A stretch of 63,543 nucleotides of DNA, counting the filler, from Octopus bimaculoides (Eukaryota), in the NCBI RefSeq assembly GCF_001194135.2. It is 8 parts of 8 records of this genome, joined end to end, with 100 filler letters (N's around TTAATTAATTAA, not from the genome) between each part and the next. Parts side by side here need not be neighbours in the genome. Positions count along the whole stretch, not along the records: positions 1 to 14,441 come from NC_069006.1; positions 14,542 to 28,901 come from NC_068989.1; 6 more parts are not named here. One strand, given 5' to 3'. Below, piece after piece: positions 12,228 through 24,900 of this stretch (position 1 is the stretch's first letter; the number at the start of each line of letters is the position of its first letter). Made by a program: the position numbers and the translations under genes. Under the pieces are notes generated by a model. It was given only the letters and a program-made list of their open reading frames with translations. It ran no database searches and had not been told where the DNA came from.

Positions 12228-14409
12228 TACACACACACACAAGCACACATATATATATATATATATAGCAAGCAGCAAGCAGACCTAATGACAAAACAAA
12301 CAGAAAAACCAAAAAGCTAGATAGAAGGTTTCAACTTCTCTGTGAATAATAACTCCTCCAAAATTATACAAAGCCCTTTCTCCCCACCTGTGACCCAGCC
12401 CAATAGACATTACTCTAATAAGTTACCTTGCACATATTTCCATTGTTTTACATGATGAGCAGAAGAACAGCAAAGTGGAGACAAGGGTGTTCTATCTTTA
12501 TCTTAACAAAAGATTAACAAAATATGGCCTGACATTGTTTCCATCCTGTCTTTCTCAGAGTAGAAAATAAACAATGAGCCAACTAAGGAATCTCTCCATC
12601 GGTGCATCTCAAACATTTTTAACTATCTCCCCCACTTTCCTTACAGTTACTTTTCAACATTCTCTTGCTATGATTCAATAATGCCTCTCTTTGCCCCTTT
12701 TAATGAACATACATACATACAGCAGTAACAACAGTGGAGGTGGTGATGGTAGCAACAGCAGCAGCACTGTCGTCGTCGTCATCCTCCATCTTCTTTAACA
12801 CTAACCATGCTGGTATGGGTTTGACAGTTTGGCCAGAGCATGGCAAGCAGGAGAGCTGCACCAGGCTCCAGTCTGATTTGGTTTGATTTCTACAGTTGGA
12901 TGCCCTTCCCAACACCAAACTCCTTACAGTATATGCTGGGTGCCTTCAGTGTGGCACTGGCACAAGCACTGTTACATGACACTGGCACAAGTACTTTTTA
13001 CATGGCACCAGTACAGGACTCTTGCAGGCCAATCCACTTCATCAAGGGGTGCAGCATTAACACTTCTGCTATGAAGGACGGGTCTTTTTGAGTATAGTGC
13101 GGTACCAGATACCTCAGTCTTTTGTCATTTCAGGCCACAATAACTAGTTCTGGGTACTAACTTGACACGGAAGACTACCTAACTTAGTACCATCATCCCC
13201 TAAGTAAATATTTAGTATATCACTGCTTAACCTTAGTTAGTACCCAACTGTTGGCATGTGGCCCTGGCCAAACTCAGCTAAATATGCTTTCTGCTTCATA
13301 TATACTGTGTAGCCAAGCTCTAGTTAAAATTTATCTTTATCAATACAGGCGTAACTATATAATTACAAGTTTTACTTCCCAACTTCATAGATTCAGGTCC
13401 AGTCCCACTGCATGGTACCATGTGCAAGTGTACTGTACTGTAGCTTCAGATGACCAGAGTTCATGGATTTGGTAGACAGAAACTAAAAGTTACATTCCAA
13501 GAATAAGTCTATTCTCTCAATGCGGATGTTTAGATAAAACACTCATAAGGGACCAGAGCAGGATGTAGATTTCAAAGTAGGATGTCATAAAACTTGTCAA
13601 AACTCCATACAAAGCTTTTGACATGATCAATCCCTTCTCTCTCTCTCTCCGTGTGTGTGTGTGTGTGTGTGTGTGTTATAAACATTTCTTGAAAAGCACA
13701 GGTGTGGCTGTGTGGTAAGAAGCTTGCTCCCTAACCACATGGTTCTGGGTTCAGCCCCACTACATGGCATCTTGGGCTAGTGTCTTTTGCTATAGCTTCA
13801 GGCCAACCAAAACCTTGTGAGTGGATTTGGTAGAAAGCGAAAGCCTTGAACACCCACACAACACCCAGCATACAACAGTTGAAAGTAAGGTGGAGGACCA
13901 AGATCTTACAAGGAACAAAGCACAGACACTTGCTAAAAGACTGGCATCGAATTGTGGAAGACTTATTTCCCAACTGAGAAGCAGAGGATTAAATAATAAA
14001 TAGTAAAAAGAAACAAGAGCAAATATTAACGAAAGAAATGATGTATGGTAGTGAAACAGGAACCACATTCATGGCAGAGAGATAAATGTGGTAACTGGCA
14101 CAAAACAAGTTGAATGTAGGATGACCAAAAGGTTGAGGTGAGAGAAATAGAATAGGTTGCTGCAGACATTTAACTTTGGCCTAAAATCATTTCATTTAGA
14201 AAAATTAAATTACATAATTGCATTAAATTTTTTGAAGATTCAACTACAATTATGGTAATAACAGATACTCTTATCTTTTACTCTGTCACTGTTTTCAGCC
14301 AACTGGTTGACTGTGGCCATGCTGTAGCACTGCCACCATATGACATTTAAGATTTTTTTTTTTTTTTTAACTCAATACTGATGCTGTTAAGTAATCATTT
14401 TTGTAAGTA

Positions 14410-14441
<32 letters not shown>

Positions 14442-14485
14442 NNNNNNNNNNNNNNNNNNNNNNNNNNNNNNNNNNNNNNNNNNNN

Positions 14486-14497
14486 TTAATTAATTAA
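14486..14497. other. Assembly gap marker TTAATTAATTAA (also at 28946, 46617, 49072, 55287, 57444 and 60068)
   Basis: Identical palindromic 12-mer, always isolated between N runs, with stop codons in all six frames. Confidence 0.9.
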
Positions 14498-14544
14498 NNN
14501 NNNNNNNNNNNNNNNNNNNNNNNNNNNNNNNNNNNNNNNNNATA

Positions 14545-14576
<32 letters not shown>

Positions 14577-14639
14577 GCATACATATACAAATATGTACAT
14601 AAATACATATTAAAAGAATCAAATGAAACTAATATATAT

Positions 14640-14905
14640 AGAGGCATAGTGAAAGTAATTGAAATTGAAACCTTATAATAGTGAAAATATTAATAGAGAC
14701 GATATTGTTTAACTTTTGACACGTAATACGGAAACAGTGTAAGAGATAAGAGATTGCACCGGGCTAGCATTAAGCAAGGAGTTAAAATTTTAATTTTTCC
14801 CATGACACTGCGTGGACCCCAAGTAAGGTTTATGTAAAATTTGAATTAAATCTGTTGGGTAGTTCTCGAGTTTAGCGATGCATACATACAGACATACATT
14901 CTCAG
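14640..14905 (-). mobile_element. Non-autonomous Helitron-like repeat copy
   Basis: Aligns by eye to 16170-16445. Confidence 0.6.
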
Positions 14906-15865
14906 TTATATATATATATATATATATNNNNNNNNNNNNNNNNNNNNNNNNNNNNNNNNNNNNNNNNNNNNNNNNNNNNNNNNNNNNNNNNNNNNNNNNN
15001 NNNNNNNNNNNNNNNNNNNNNNNNNNNNNNNNNNNNNNNNNNNNNNNNNNNNNNNNNNNNNNNNNNNNNNNNNNNNNNNNNNNNNNNNNNNNNNNNNNNN
15101 NNNNNNNNNNNNNNNNNNNNNNNNNNNNNNNNNNNNNNNNNNNNNNNNNNNNNNNNNNNNNNNNNNNNNNNNNNNNNNNNNNNNNNNNNNNNNNNNNNNN
15201 NNNNNNNNNNNNNNNNNNNNNNNNNNNNNNNNNNNNNNNNNNNNNNNNNNNNNNNNNNNNNNNNNNNNNNNNNNNNNNNNNNNNNNNNNNNNNNNNNNNN
15301 NNNNNNNNNNNNNNNNNNNNNNNNNNNNNNNNNNNNNNNNNNNNNNNNNNNNNNNNNNNNNNNNNNNNNNNNNNNNNNNNNNNNNNNNNNNNNNNNNNNN
15401 NNNNNNNNNNNNNNNNNNNNNNNNNNNNNNNNNNNNNGATAATAATAATATTAATAATAATAATAATAATGAAAATGACCTATGAACGTTTCGATGGAAC
15501 ATCCAGAATGATTAATACATATTATAAAATATAGGATACTCCATCTCCTCGGGGTCTCATTATTATTGCTATTATTATTATTATTAGTAATATACAGCCA
15601 ATAAAAACAGAAAACATTCAAATCCTATTTTCATAGTTGACCCATGAAAATATACAAAACAGGATGAAAAGGTATGAGATGATATACAACCGTTCATCCT
15701 AAAGGTGTAAGGAACAAGCAAATGGTAAATATATATATATATATATATATATTTATTTATTTATTTATACATATATATATGTCTACATATAGTCAGGTGG
15801 TGCCCCAGCATGGCCGCAGTCTAATGCCTGAAACAAGTAAAGGGTATATATAAAAGATACAGAAA

Positions 15866-16035
15866 TAATTTGTTCTCAAACGCATGTTAATGGTAATACA
15901 ATAGCTTTATAAGATGCTAAAATTGCATTACAATTCGTTACTGGGCAGTTTAGCTTAAAGGTAAAGCGCTTGACTCGTGATCACAGGGCAGTGAGTTCGA
16001 GTCTCATGGCTCACTGAAAACAATTTTTATCTGCA
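15866..16035 (+). mobile_element. Degenerate second copy of the tRNA-like-module MITE
   Basis: Remnant arm aataatttgttctcaaacgc, then gggcagtttagcttaaaggtaaagcgcttgactcgtgatca..gagttcgagtctcatggct. Confidence 0.65.
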
Positions 16036-16074
16036 ATATCTATCTATCTCTCTCTCTATATATATATCTACAGC

Positions 16075-16445
16075 AAGTGAAGTATAAGGGTTTCGGTCCT
16101 CACCTCTTATGTATATAAATACATATGGAAAGTAATAGAAATGAAACTAATATATATAGATACATAATGAAAGTAATTGAAATTGAAACTATATAATAGT
16201 GAAAGTATTAATAGGGATGATATTGTTTCACTTTTGACACGTAATACAGAAACAGTGTAAAAGATAAGAGATTGCTCCGGGTCCGCATTAAGCAAGAAGT
16301 TGAAAATTTTTTGGGTCCATGACACTGCATAGACCCTAAGTAAGGCATGTGTAAAATTCGAATGAAATCCGTTGGGTAGTTCTCGAGTTTTAGCGATGCA
16401 CACATACAGACGGACAGACTGACACACATTCTCAGCTTTATATAT
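16075..16445 (-). mobile_element. Non-autonomous Helitron-like repeat (other copies at ~14640-14905 minus and ~46244-46590 plus)
   Basis: Shared block gagaatgtgtgtctgtctgt...ctaaaactcgagaactac...atttcattc(g/a)aattttacacatgccttact. The 46244 copy begins A|TCTATATATATAAA, a Helitron-style 5' end. Confidence 0.6.
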
Positions 16446-16481
<36 letters not shown>

Positions 16482-17726
16482 AAAGTTATCCAGGACTGTT
16501 TGAAATTCTCTTACATTTTTTGTGAAATCTGGAAAAAATCTTTTTATATTTTTAATCTAGTTTCACAACAAAGGTACAAGGCACTGACGTTAATTAGTCT
16601 TTATGTTGAGCGTTGTGAGAGAAACGCTTTTAATGTGTGGAAAATAAAAGCGTGTGGATTTTTCTATCTTTTCTATTTCTAAAGTCACTGCGCATGCACA
16701 TGACATAATATCGGCATTTGACCATATATTGTGCTTTTGCTCATTTCCGGAATTTTATTTTTTACATTGAATTATTAATGATTCAATTTAAATTAAATCA
16801 TTATAATAAAATTATTAATTTATTTTTACTTTCGTTAATTTTTCATTTATTGTTATTTACTTTTTCTATGCTGAAAAGGACATGTACATTTACGAAAGAA
16901 CTTTAAAAGTATTACCCTTTATATCATAGCTTTTCTATAAAAGTTTAGGTTAAAATGTGATTCGTTTGCATAGTTTTCCATGGGGTATTGAAGTAGATGG
17001 GATAACAAAGACTATTTGCAATAGCAAAATCACATGTAAGAGATTTGTCTAGCACGGATAAAATGCAAAGCTGTAATATTTAATATAATTGCAACAATGA
17101 CTACATTTGAGCTTGTTAAATACCTAGACTTGTGATAATTCTTATATATACGTGAATGTCTGAATTATTTAAATAATACCATGTATATATACAGGATACA
17201 ATATTCCTACTCAGGAACAAAGTAAATACAAGTGAAATTTAAATAATCTAAATATGTAAACCATTCCAGATGAGATAATTCAAATCATGACTGACACCTT
17301 AATCACTGTTAATAACGATGTGTACAGTTATTTTAACACCTTCCTACACGTAATAACGTGAATGGCATTCGCTGCGGCGCTTTGTTTTGGCGAACGGATT
17401 TCTTCTTATAGACTTTTTGTCTTAATATTTTGTTTGCTGTTTTCTATTTAAAATCAAAAGTTCTTGTCAAGCGCCAAGTGACTTGAGGCGGCATCTACCA
17501 CCGAGGAAGCGAAATTATGCCGAAACACTGGCTTCCGATTGTCGGCTTGCCGTTTGAATCTTAGCATCTAGACGCACAAAGTTTACAGGAAGAGATTCGT
17601 TCTTTAAGGCAAAATCTCGCAGTGAATGCCATTTGCAAAAGCGTGTCAAAACTCAATGTGCACATCTTATTTTCATCCTCACACACATATACAGATATGG
17701 ATATGGAGATAAAAATATTTCCCCAC

Positions 17727-17799
<73 letters not shown>

Positions 17800-18714
17800 A
17801 GGAAATTGTAATAAAAGAGGTGCTAATAGCGAGAACAAGAAGAGAAAAACATGTCCATTGAAGCCAACATTCAATAGTAATAATAATCTTTTCTACTACA
17901 GGCACTAAACTCGGAAATTTGGGGTGTGGGGTGCTTGTTGATTACATCAACTCCAGTGCTGGTATTTATTTTATCGACTCCGAAATGACAAAAAGGCAAA
18001 GTCGACCTCGGCGGAATTTGAACTCAGAACGTAAAGACGGGTGAAATGTCGCTAAGCATTTTGTACGACGTGTAAACGATTCTGCAAGTTCACCGCTTTT
18101 GTTACTGAACAATTTAGTGTGGTGAGTGGACTTAGTCGATTACATTCCGGTACTTAGCTGGTACTTAGTTTATCATCTATGGAAATATGACAGACAAAAG
18201 TTAAACTTGGTGGAATTATAAACTCAGAATGGAAAGAACCTGATACATGCTGCAAGACATATTGTTCGATGCACAAACGATTCTACCTCCTCACTGTTTC
18301 TGATTTAGCCATAGGGTTGGGGATTTTTAAAAGAGGGGTATAGTCGATTCCATTAACTTAAGTACTTGACTCGTTCTCTGTCTTATTTACCCCGGTTGGG
18401 GTGGGGTCGGAGTTAAAGGCAAAGTTAACCACGACGGGATTTGAATACAGAAAGTAAAGAGCTGGAACAAATACTGCAAACGATTTTTTCTGTCGCTCTT
18501 ACCATTTATGTCAGCTTGCTGCCCCCAATCAAAGTTGAATTTATATAACCCAAACATAAAAGGAGTGACCCACTCATACACTGGGGAGAATCCACTAGAG
18601 TGGTTGGGTCAGATCACCGCACAACTCTACTTACCTGCTTATTGTTACATTGGGACAACTGGGTACACGCTATTTCCCATAATTATATTTTGTGTTCGTC
18701 ATGCTAAAAAATAT

Positions 18715-18851
18715 TCAGCGTCTTCTAAATATTTCTGATTGATGTTTTGGTAAATTATTGACATAGTCTAAATCAATACCCTGTTGTTTGCCTGTCTGCT
18801 GTATATCAAGATCTATCTCTTCCTTCTTATACAACACATTTACATCTTTAT
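18715..18851 (-). CDS. Candidate terminal or alternative coding exon (xKDVNVLYKKEEIDLDIQQTGKQQGIDLDYVNNLPKHQSEIFRRR*)
   Basis: Strong pyrimidine tract and acceptor ttgtttatttccgatctttcgcatttcgtAG. The phase-1 frame stays open for 44 codons to TGA and has a charged, protein-like composition. No homology recognised. Confidence 0.3.
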
Positions 18852-18968
18852 CTACGAAATGCGAAAGATCGGAAATAAACAAACATATTAACAGGGAAGT
18901 TCTCATACCAAACATGGTGAAAGGTTTTGTTTATGTGAAAGACAGCAACTGTGTGTTCTGATATATCA

Positions 18969-19000
<32 letters not shown>

Positions 19001-19084
19001 GATGTATAACGTATTGGGAAATGGTTCCGGTTGATACGGCTGTATGAAAACAATAATGCCTGCACTAATGAATATGGGGGAGAA

Positions 19085-19135
<51 letters not shown>

Positions 19136-20675
19136 GAGGGAGAGAGAGAGAGAGAGATTATTTCTGTCATGTATTGGATGTTGAAGTTGAGGGTGATAAG
19201 TCGTTCGTCAATAGATCCAGAGAAGTTCCCTTTTTGGGGAAAATAATGCACTGCCGTGTGTGACCAAAATTTGGACAGAATGTGAATAGATAGATAAGGA
19301 GAAAGAGAGAGATTGAGGTGATGAAGAAAACTGATTAAAAAGCATTTCCAATCTATCAAACCGACCTATTTACTTCCACATTAACCTTCACTTCATCCAA
19401 CTAAGTTTATTTGCCAACTTCGAAGCCACATTTATGTCTTCCATCGAATTAAAAATAGACGAGGAGGCGTCATTTCTTATAACAAATCCGAGCTATTGAT
19501 AATTTTTGTAGTTAACCAGAATATCAAGAAAATCCATTTAACCAATCATTGATTGATTAACTAACTTCTACTGAGGCGTTATGCGCCAGCATTAATATCT
19601 AATTATTTTTAACAGATATAATTTTCTGAACGAATTACTCTTGCTTCGACATTCCATTTTTCATTCGGAAAGTAATGCAACCTTATCCTGTTATAAGAAG
19701 CGTTAATAATGATTTGAGTCAGAACAGTTTTACTATAACTGATATTTATATCATTCCTTTCTATTTTTACATATGTATAGAGTTATAAAATCCACCAACT
19801 TATTTTGCACACCTGGTTAGAATGTAAACTATTCAAAATACCCTTCATACTGAGAGAATGAACCGTACTAGAGCTGGTTCTACATTAAATAATAATCCAA
19901 AACCATTTAGTTTCGTATGTCGAGAGAAACATCATTATCAAGCATCAACCCAATCGTGTCTGAAAGACTCGTTATCAGCAATGCGACCGAGGAAACGCCG
20001 TGGTATTTATTCAAAAGGCAAGTTTATTTTTAAATGTGGAAAGCAAATTGAAAAATAATCTTAAACTTTTTTTGTGCATGCATAATTCTGCTTAATTTTT
20101 TTTTTTTTCCCAATGTTAAAGTCTAGACGTTAAAATAATGACTTAAAATAGGACATACGCTATCATTGGGAGTTTAGTGTTGCTTCAAATGGTNNNNNNN
20201 NNNTCCCAACTAATTAGAAAGATAACAAAACTCGATAGGACAGGTTTTTTTCTTCTTTTTTTTCTTAGATATATTTCGACTTTTGCATCAAATGACTTTT
20301 ATAAGAGTTTCACTTTAACTCGGCCCGCTAACTCTCTGACTCAAAGTTTAAAAACAAGACAATAAAAACAAAAATACAAAATGATACCTAATTCACGAAA
20401 TTAGTGACTAATTAGATATGTGAGGGACACTGTCATTCATTGCAGTCTATGTCCACCCAAACAGCTCATATAAATATATTTATTTAGTGGTCAGCGGAGG
20501 CAGGACAGTGATCAATTGGTTTTTAATTAGATTGTCAGATAGGAATAATCAATTAACGTCAGTGAGATTAATGTTTGGTTTTTGTTGTTACATTCCAATA
20601 CAGTGTTTGGAGACTAATGAGGGTTTTGAGGCTGCTTTTTTCGCGTGTGTGATTTCGCGCGCGCTACATGCTTAC

Positions 20676-20763
20676 TAAGTGGGATGAACAGTGGGGGTTT
20701 TTTGTCAATGTAGTAGTAGTTGTTGTTGTTGCTTAGCTCCAAGTTAGCACTGGACATTCCCAT
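20676..20763 (-). CDS. Candidate first coding exon (MGMSSANLELSNNNNYYYIDKKPPLFIPL), possibly of the ZMAT-like gene
   Basis: Lies within an open frame 20892->20614. Donor CTT A|GTAAGC at 20676 is phase 1, compatible with the phase-1 acceptors at 5993 and 18851. The surrounding sequence is unique and CpG-richer. No homology recognised. Confidence 0.35.
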
Positions 20764-23089
20764 TCTCCCCTCCCTTGCAAAATATCTTGTACTCATTCTT
20801 CGAGAGTAGCAAACAATCACCCCCGGGAGTTTTCTTTTTCCCACTTTCAATTCCTTTAGAATGTTTGTGTATGTTATTCGGTACATCACCATCTACCCGA
20901 ATACACTAGCCCGAATCAATCACTCGCTGTGTGAGTTTTAAAGATGCGGGTCGAACGGCAACATATTCGGAGCTGTGAACATGACAAAAGTGTTTGAGAA
21001 TGAGTGAACATGTTGCAGCAGGGAGCGTAGATTCGAATTTATTGCAGTAACAAAGTATAATCGTCGCTTACTGAGCTTTCTTTTATCTTTTTCTTTCACT
21101 GGTTTCAATCTTTAGACTGCGGCCATACTGGGGCACCGCTTTGAAGAATTTTAGTCGAATGAATCGACCCCAGTACTATTTTTTTTTTACTAAGGCTAGT
21201 ACTTATTTTATCGATTTCTTTTGCCGAATCGGTAATTTTGCAGGGACGTAAATATACCAACACCGGTTGTCAAGCGGTGGTAGAGGAACACACACACACA
21301 CACACACACACACGGTGAAATTTCATGCTATATTGGTAACGATTACATAGTTTACTTTGAAAAATTATATTTTACCTCTCGTCTTTTAGTAGACGCAGCT
21401 ACATAACCGTTTACCAATGGAGATTTTTGACATATATATATATATATANNNNNNNNNNCCAGATAGACGAGATACAAAGAAAACAAGGACAGTTCATTCG
21501 GAGTTTTCTTTCCTCAGTCGAGTTCCAGATTATCCTTGCAATTTCGGCTGGTTATACTCGAGATTGCTCCAATCTGGCCAGCCCCAAGGAAAAACTAAGA
21601 TAAGAGCATTAGATTCCTTGGAAGAAAGCAGCGAATGTATACAAAAACAAGAGCGGGAAAAAAACGAACAATGTTACACAAATACAATAAAATTAATAAC
21701 AGGATATAACAACAGGTGTCTTTCGACTAAGGACGAATTAAATTAAGCTGGCTTGTGTGGAAATAAAGCCTTACGGCAGAGATACAAGATTTCACATGTA
21801 CAGGGAGGAATATCGATGTTGCACGGACAACGGCCGGCCAAGAAAGAAAGATCAGGCTTGGCCGAACGCCGGTCACGTGGGAGGAGAAGAGAGAGAGGTA
21901 GAGGCATAGGGACAAAAGAATTAAGGAGGGGCGAGAAAAAATGAAAAAGGACACAGTGAAGTGAAAAGAGGAGGGAAAGTGAGCAAGAAGAGAAGGCAAG
22001 GAAATGTGAGAGAGGGGGAACGAAAGAACGAACAGTGGAATGAACGAATAAGCGTGAAAGGGCAGATAGACAGAAATATATATACATATATACGACGGGC
22101 TTTTAGTTTTCGCCTACCAAATCCACTCATAAGGCATTGGTTGGCCCGAGGCTATAGCAGAAGGCACTTGCTCAAGGTGCTTGGGAATTTTTGTTTCACG
22201 GTGCAAGCCGAATATGTAACAAACCGCGATCAACTTTGAAAAAATATCCATATTTTATTTTTATAGTAGGGATATTTATATCCCTTCTATAAAAATGTTT
22301 TAAAATAAGAGTGTTGTTTTTTTTCTTGTTTCAGTCATTGAACCGCTGCCATGTTAGGGGGACGCCTTGAAGGGTTTTAGTCGAACAAATCAACCCCAGT
22401 ACTCTTTTTTAAAGTGGGTACTTATTCTATTGGTCTTCTTTGTTGAACGACTAAGGGACTCAAACAAATCGACACTGGTTGTCAAGTAGTGGTGGTGAGG
22501 GGACAAAGACACACACAAAATATATACATATATGACGAGCTTCTTTCAATTTCCGCCTACCATATCCACTCACAAGGCTTTGGTGGGCCAGAGGTTATAG
22601 TGTGCCACGTGATGGGACTGAACCCCAAATCACATGGTTGAGAAGCAAGCTTCTTAACTTTTCAGCCATTATTCTTATTAAAGAAATACGAATTATGACC
22701 GTCCGCTATCTCTGGTGAGGGTGATGTGTTAGTGTAGTCTGTGTGAATCTATGAGGAAGATTCCTGTTTTGTGATTTTGAAATTTGTTATGGAGAGATTC
22801 ACAGTTCTGCCGCAACAGTCAAATTAATATCTAATACTTATCGGAACTTCTTATCCGGTTCCAGAAATCCGAAAATATTGTGCAGTATCGTGCAATATAC
22901 TCTATCCTATATTAAGTAAACAGATCACATTTTTAAATTTGGTTAATTTACTGGTTGAACTAAAGGTTCTTCAACGACATTAAAAGATCTTGGAACTAAT
23001 GTTCGCTGCCGTCATTCTTTGATCACTCAATGTTTTTCTCTGGCTTTGTTATCCCACATACATAAAAATCATGGATATTTGGTGTGTCT

Positions 23090-23480
23090 AGTTTGTTGCA
23101 CTCTTCTACAGCCATCCACCCATCTTTTCTGCCTACTGTGGATCTTGGGAGGATCGTGGGGGTAGAGTCCGCAGACACTTCCTCTATAGGGTCCTATCAG
23201 AAGCAATCCTCATTAGACTTCAGGCTAGATTCCTAAGTGTGACTAAATGAGACTATGGGTGTTATCCAATCATCTGGTTAATGGCATACCCCTAGATCTA
23301 TAACTTGAAGGATCCACCTTGCGGTTCTTTCCTGCGACATTCTAATCATATGCCTGTAGTACCGGAGCTGTGACCTCTCAAGTAGCAGGTGGACCTGAAG
23401 AGATTCCCTGATCTCTGAGCGGCGTGCCCTCTCGAGTAACGTTACACTAGAGATCCTTCGGAGGAACTCCATTTCGGTCG
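23090..23480 (-). mobile_element. RTE-clade LINE 3' end, decayed
   Basis: EMEFLRRISSVTLLERARRSEIRESLQV...ERSQLRYYRHMIRMSQERTARWILQ resembles the RTE RT C-terminus; a gatgggtggatgg-type tail follows. Confidence 0.8.
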
Positions 23481-24761
23481 CTTGTATTTGCGATTGTAAT
23501 CTTCTGGTTTTTCGGTCTTTCTATTTTAAAAACTAAATTCAGCAAGTATTAATCTCTTGTTACAATACCCTTCGACTGTATTGGAAATCCCGATGTAGCA
23601 TGGATATCTGCATTTACTAACTTCTTTGTTATCCAATTGTTATGGAGGCTAGACTGTTTCTTGAACTTTTCAAATCGTCCGTAAGCAATAAATGTTTGAA
23701 TGACTTCCCTACCTTCTTGTTTCGACTACTTAAATAGATTCAACGTATTTTAAAAGATAAAAGAGTGAGAGAGCAGTGAGTGACGACGTGACATTATTTA
23801 CCAAAACATTTAACATTTTCCCTTATTTTCCATGAGAATATTATTTACTATGTATCCATATTAGTTTAGAGGCGTCGTTATCACTTGAATTTTGAGTAGT
23901 GACTTCTATTTTGTTAAACTGATTCATTATCGTTTCTATTTTTTTTTTTCAAGTTAGCAGCAAAAGTCCTCACGATTTCAGATTCACAACACTCTTTTTT
24001 TTTTGTAATTTTTTAATAATATGAGGTGATGGGTTCACAAGAGTACAGAAGTAACCAATTATATATCATACATACGTTGAAGGGCATTATGCAGTGGTTT
24101 TTGTCAGAGAAAATCCTTTCATAGGCATGTGTTAAAAATAATATATATTGGAACGAAATAAACATTCTCTCAGCAGTAGCTCACGAGAATGCCAGATATA
24201 TTTTAGCCTTCTTGGGCCTTGTCAATGTCATGCACTCACTAGCTATATACCTAGACGAACTCTGTCCTTACTGATACACAGGAAACATATTACTGATAGT
24301 ATTGAAAGCCTAGTTTTTATTCAACCCGGGACACTAGGTGTACGCAATTCAAATAGCATTAAATTAAAATAACCATCTATATATCATGCACAACGTATAT
24401 ACAGTGATGAAAAACATTATGCAATCAGTTTTGTCTGACAGAAAATATCGCGGTAGTCAATGATGATATATTGTAGACATTTGGGTCTATAGTGGATGGC
24501 TTAATCACCATTGTTGTGGCGTGCTTGTTAGTGATGTACTGTAGCGATGTGGAATGTGTTGGCTGTGTGAATAATAACTGAAGCAAATTCACGAACTTTT
24601 AATAATTATTGCCTGACATAATATTTTGTGTAGGCTATCGCGCCGTGTCAGTAGAAAGCTGCCTATGGGACATCATGCGGATGTTGTCCGAGTACTCGGA
24701 GTCTTCTGTTGGAATACCGGAGTTCGTCTGCCTAGTGAATTAGGCGCCAAATAAAAACATT

Positions 24762-24900
24762 GACCCCAGTATTTGATTCCGAAAGGATGAAAGGCAAAGT
24801 CAACCTCGGCGGTATTTGAATTCAGAGCGTAAAGCCAGAAGAAATGCCATCAAGCATTTTGTCCGACGCTCTCACGATTCTGCCAGTCTGCCGCCTTACA
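24762..24900 (-). mobile_element. SINE family B copy
   Basis: Matches 560-685. Confidence 0.75.

Noticed and set aside
14486-14497. Recurrent TTAATTAATTAA 12-mer (7 copies)
   Set aside because: It always sits alone between N runs and carries stops in all six frames, so it is an assembly gap marker rather than a biological motif.
15943-16012. Functional tRNA-Thr(CGT) gene
   Set aside because: The acceptor and anticodon stems pair poorly and the sequence lies within a repeated TIR element.
17561-17660. Coiled-coil-like plus-strand frame LDAQSLQEEIRSLRQNLAV
   Set aside because: Short, with no convincing splice context or homology.
23540-23730. 58-codon minus-strand frame (SKQEGREVIQTFIAYGRFEKF...)
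   Set aside because: No start codon, clear splice pair or recognisable homology; not GPD1.
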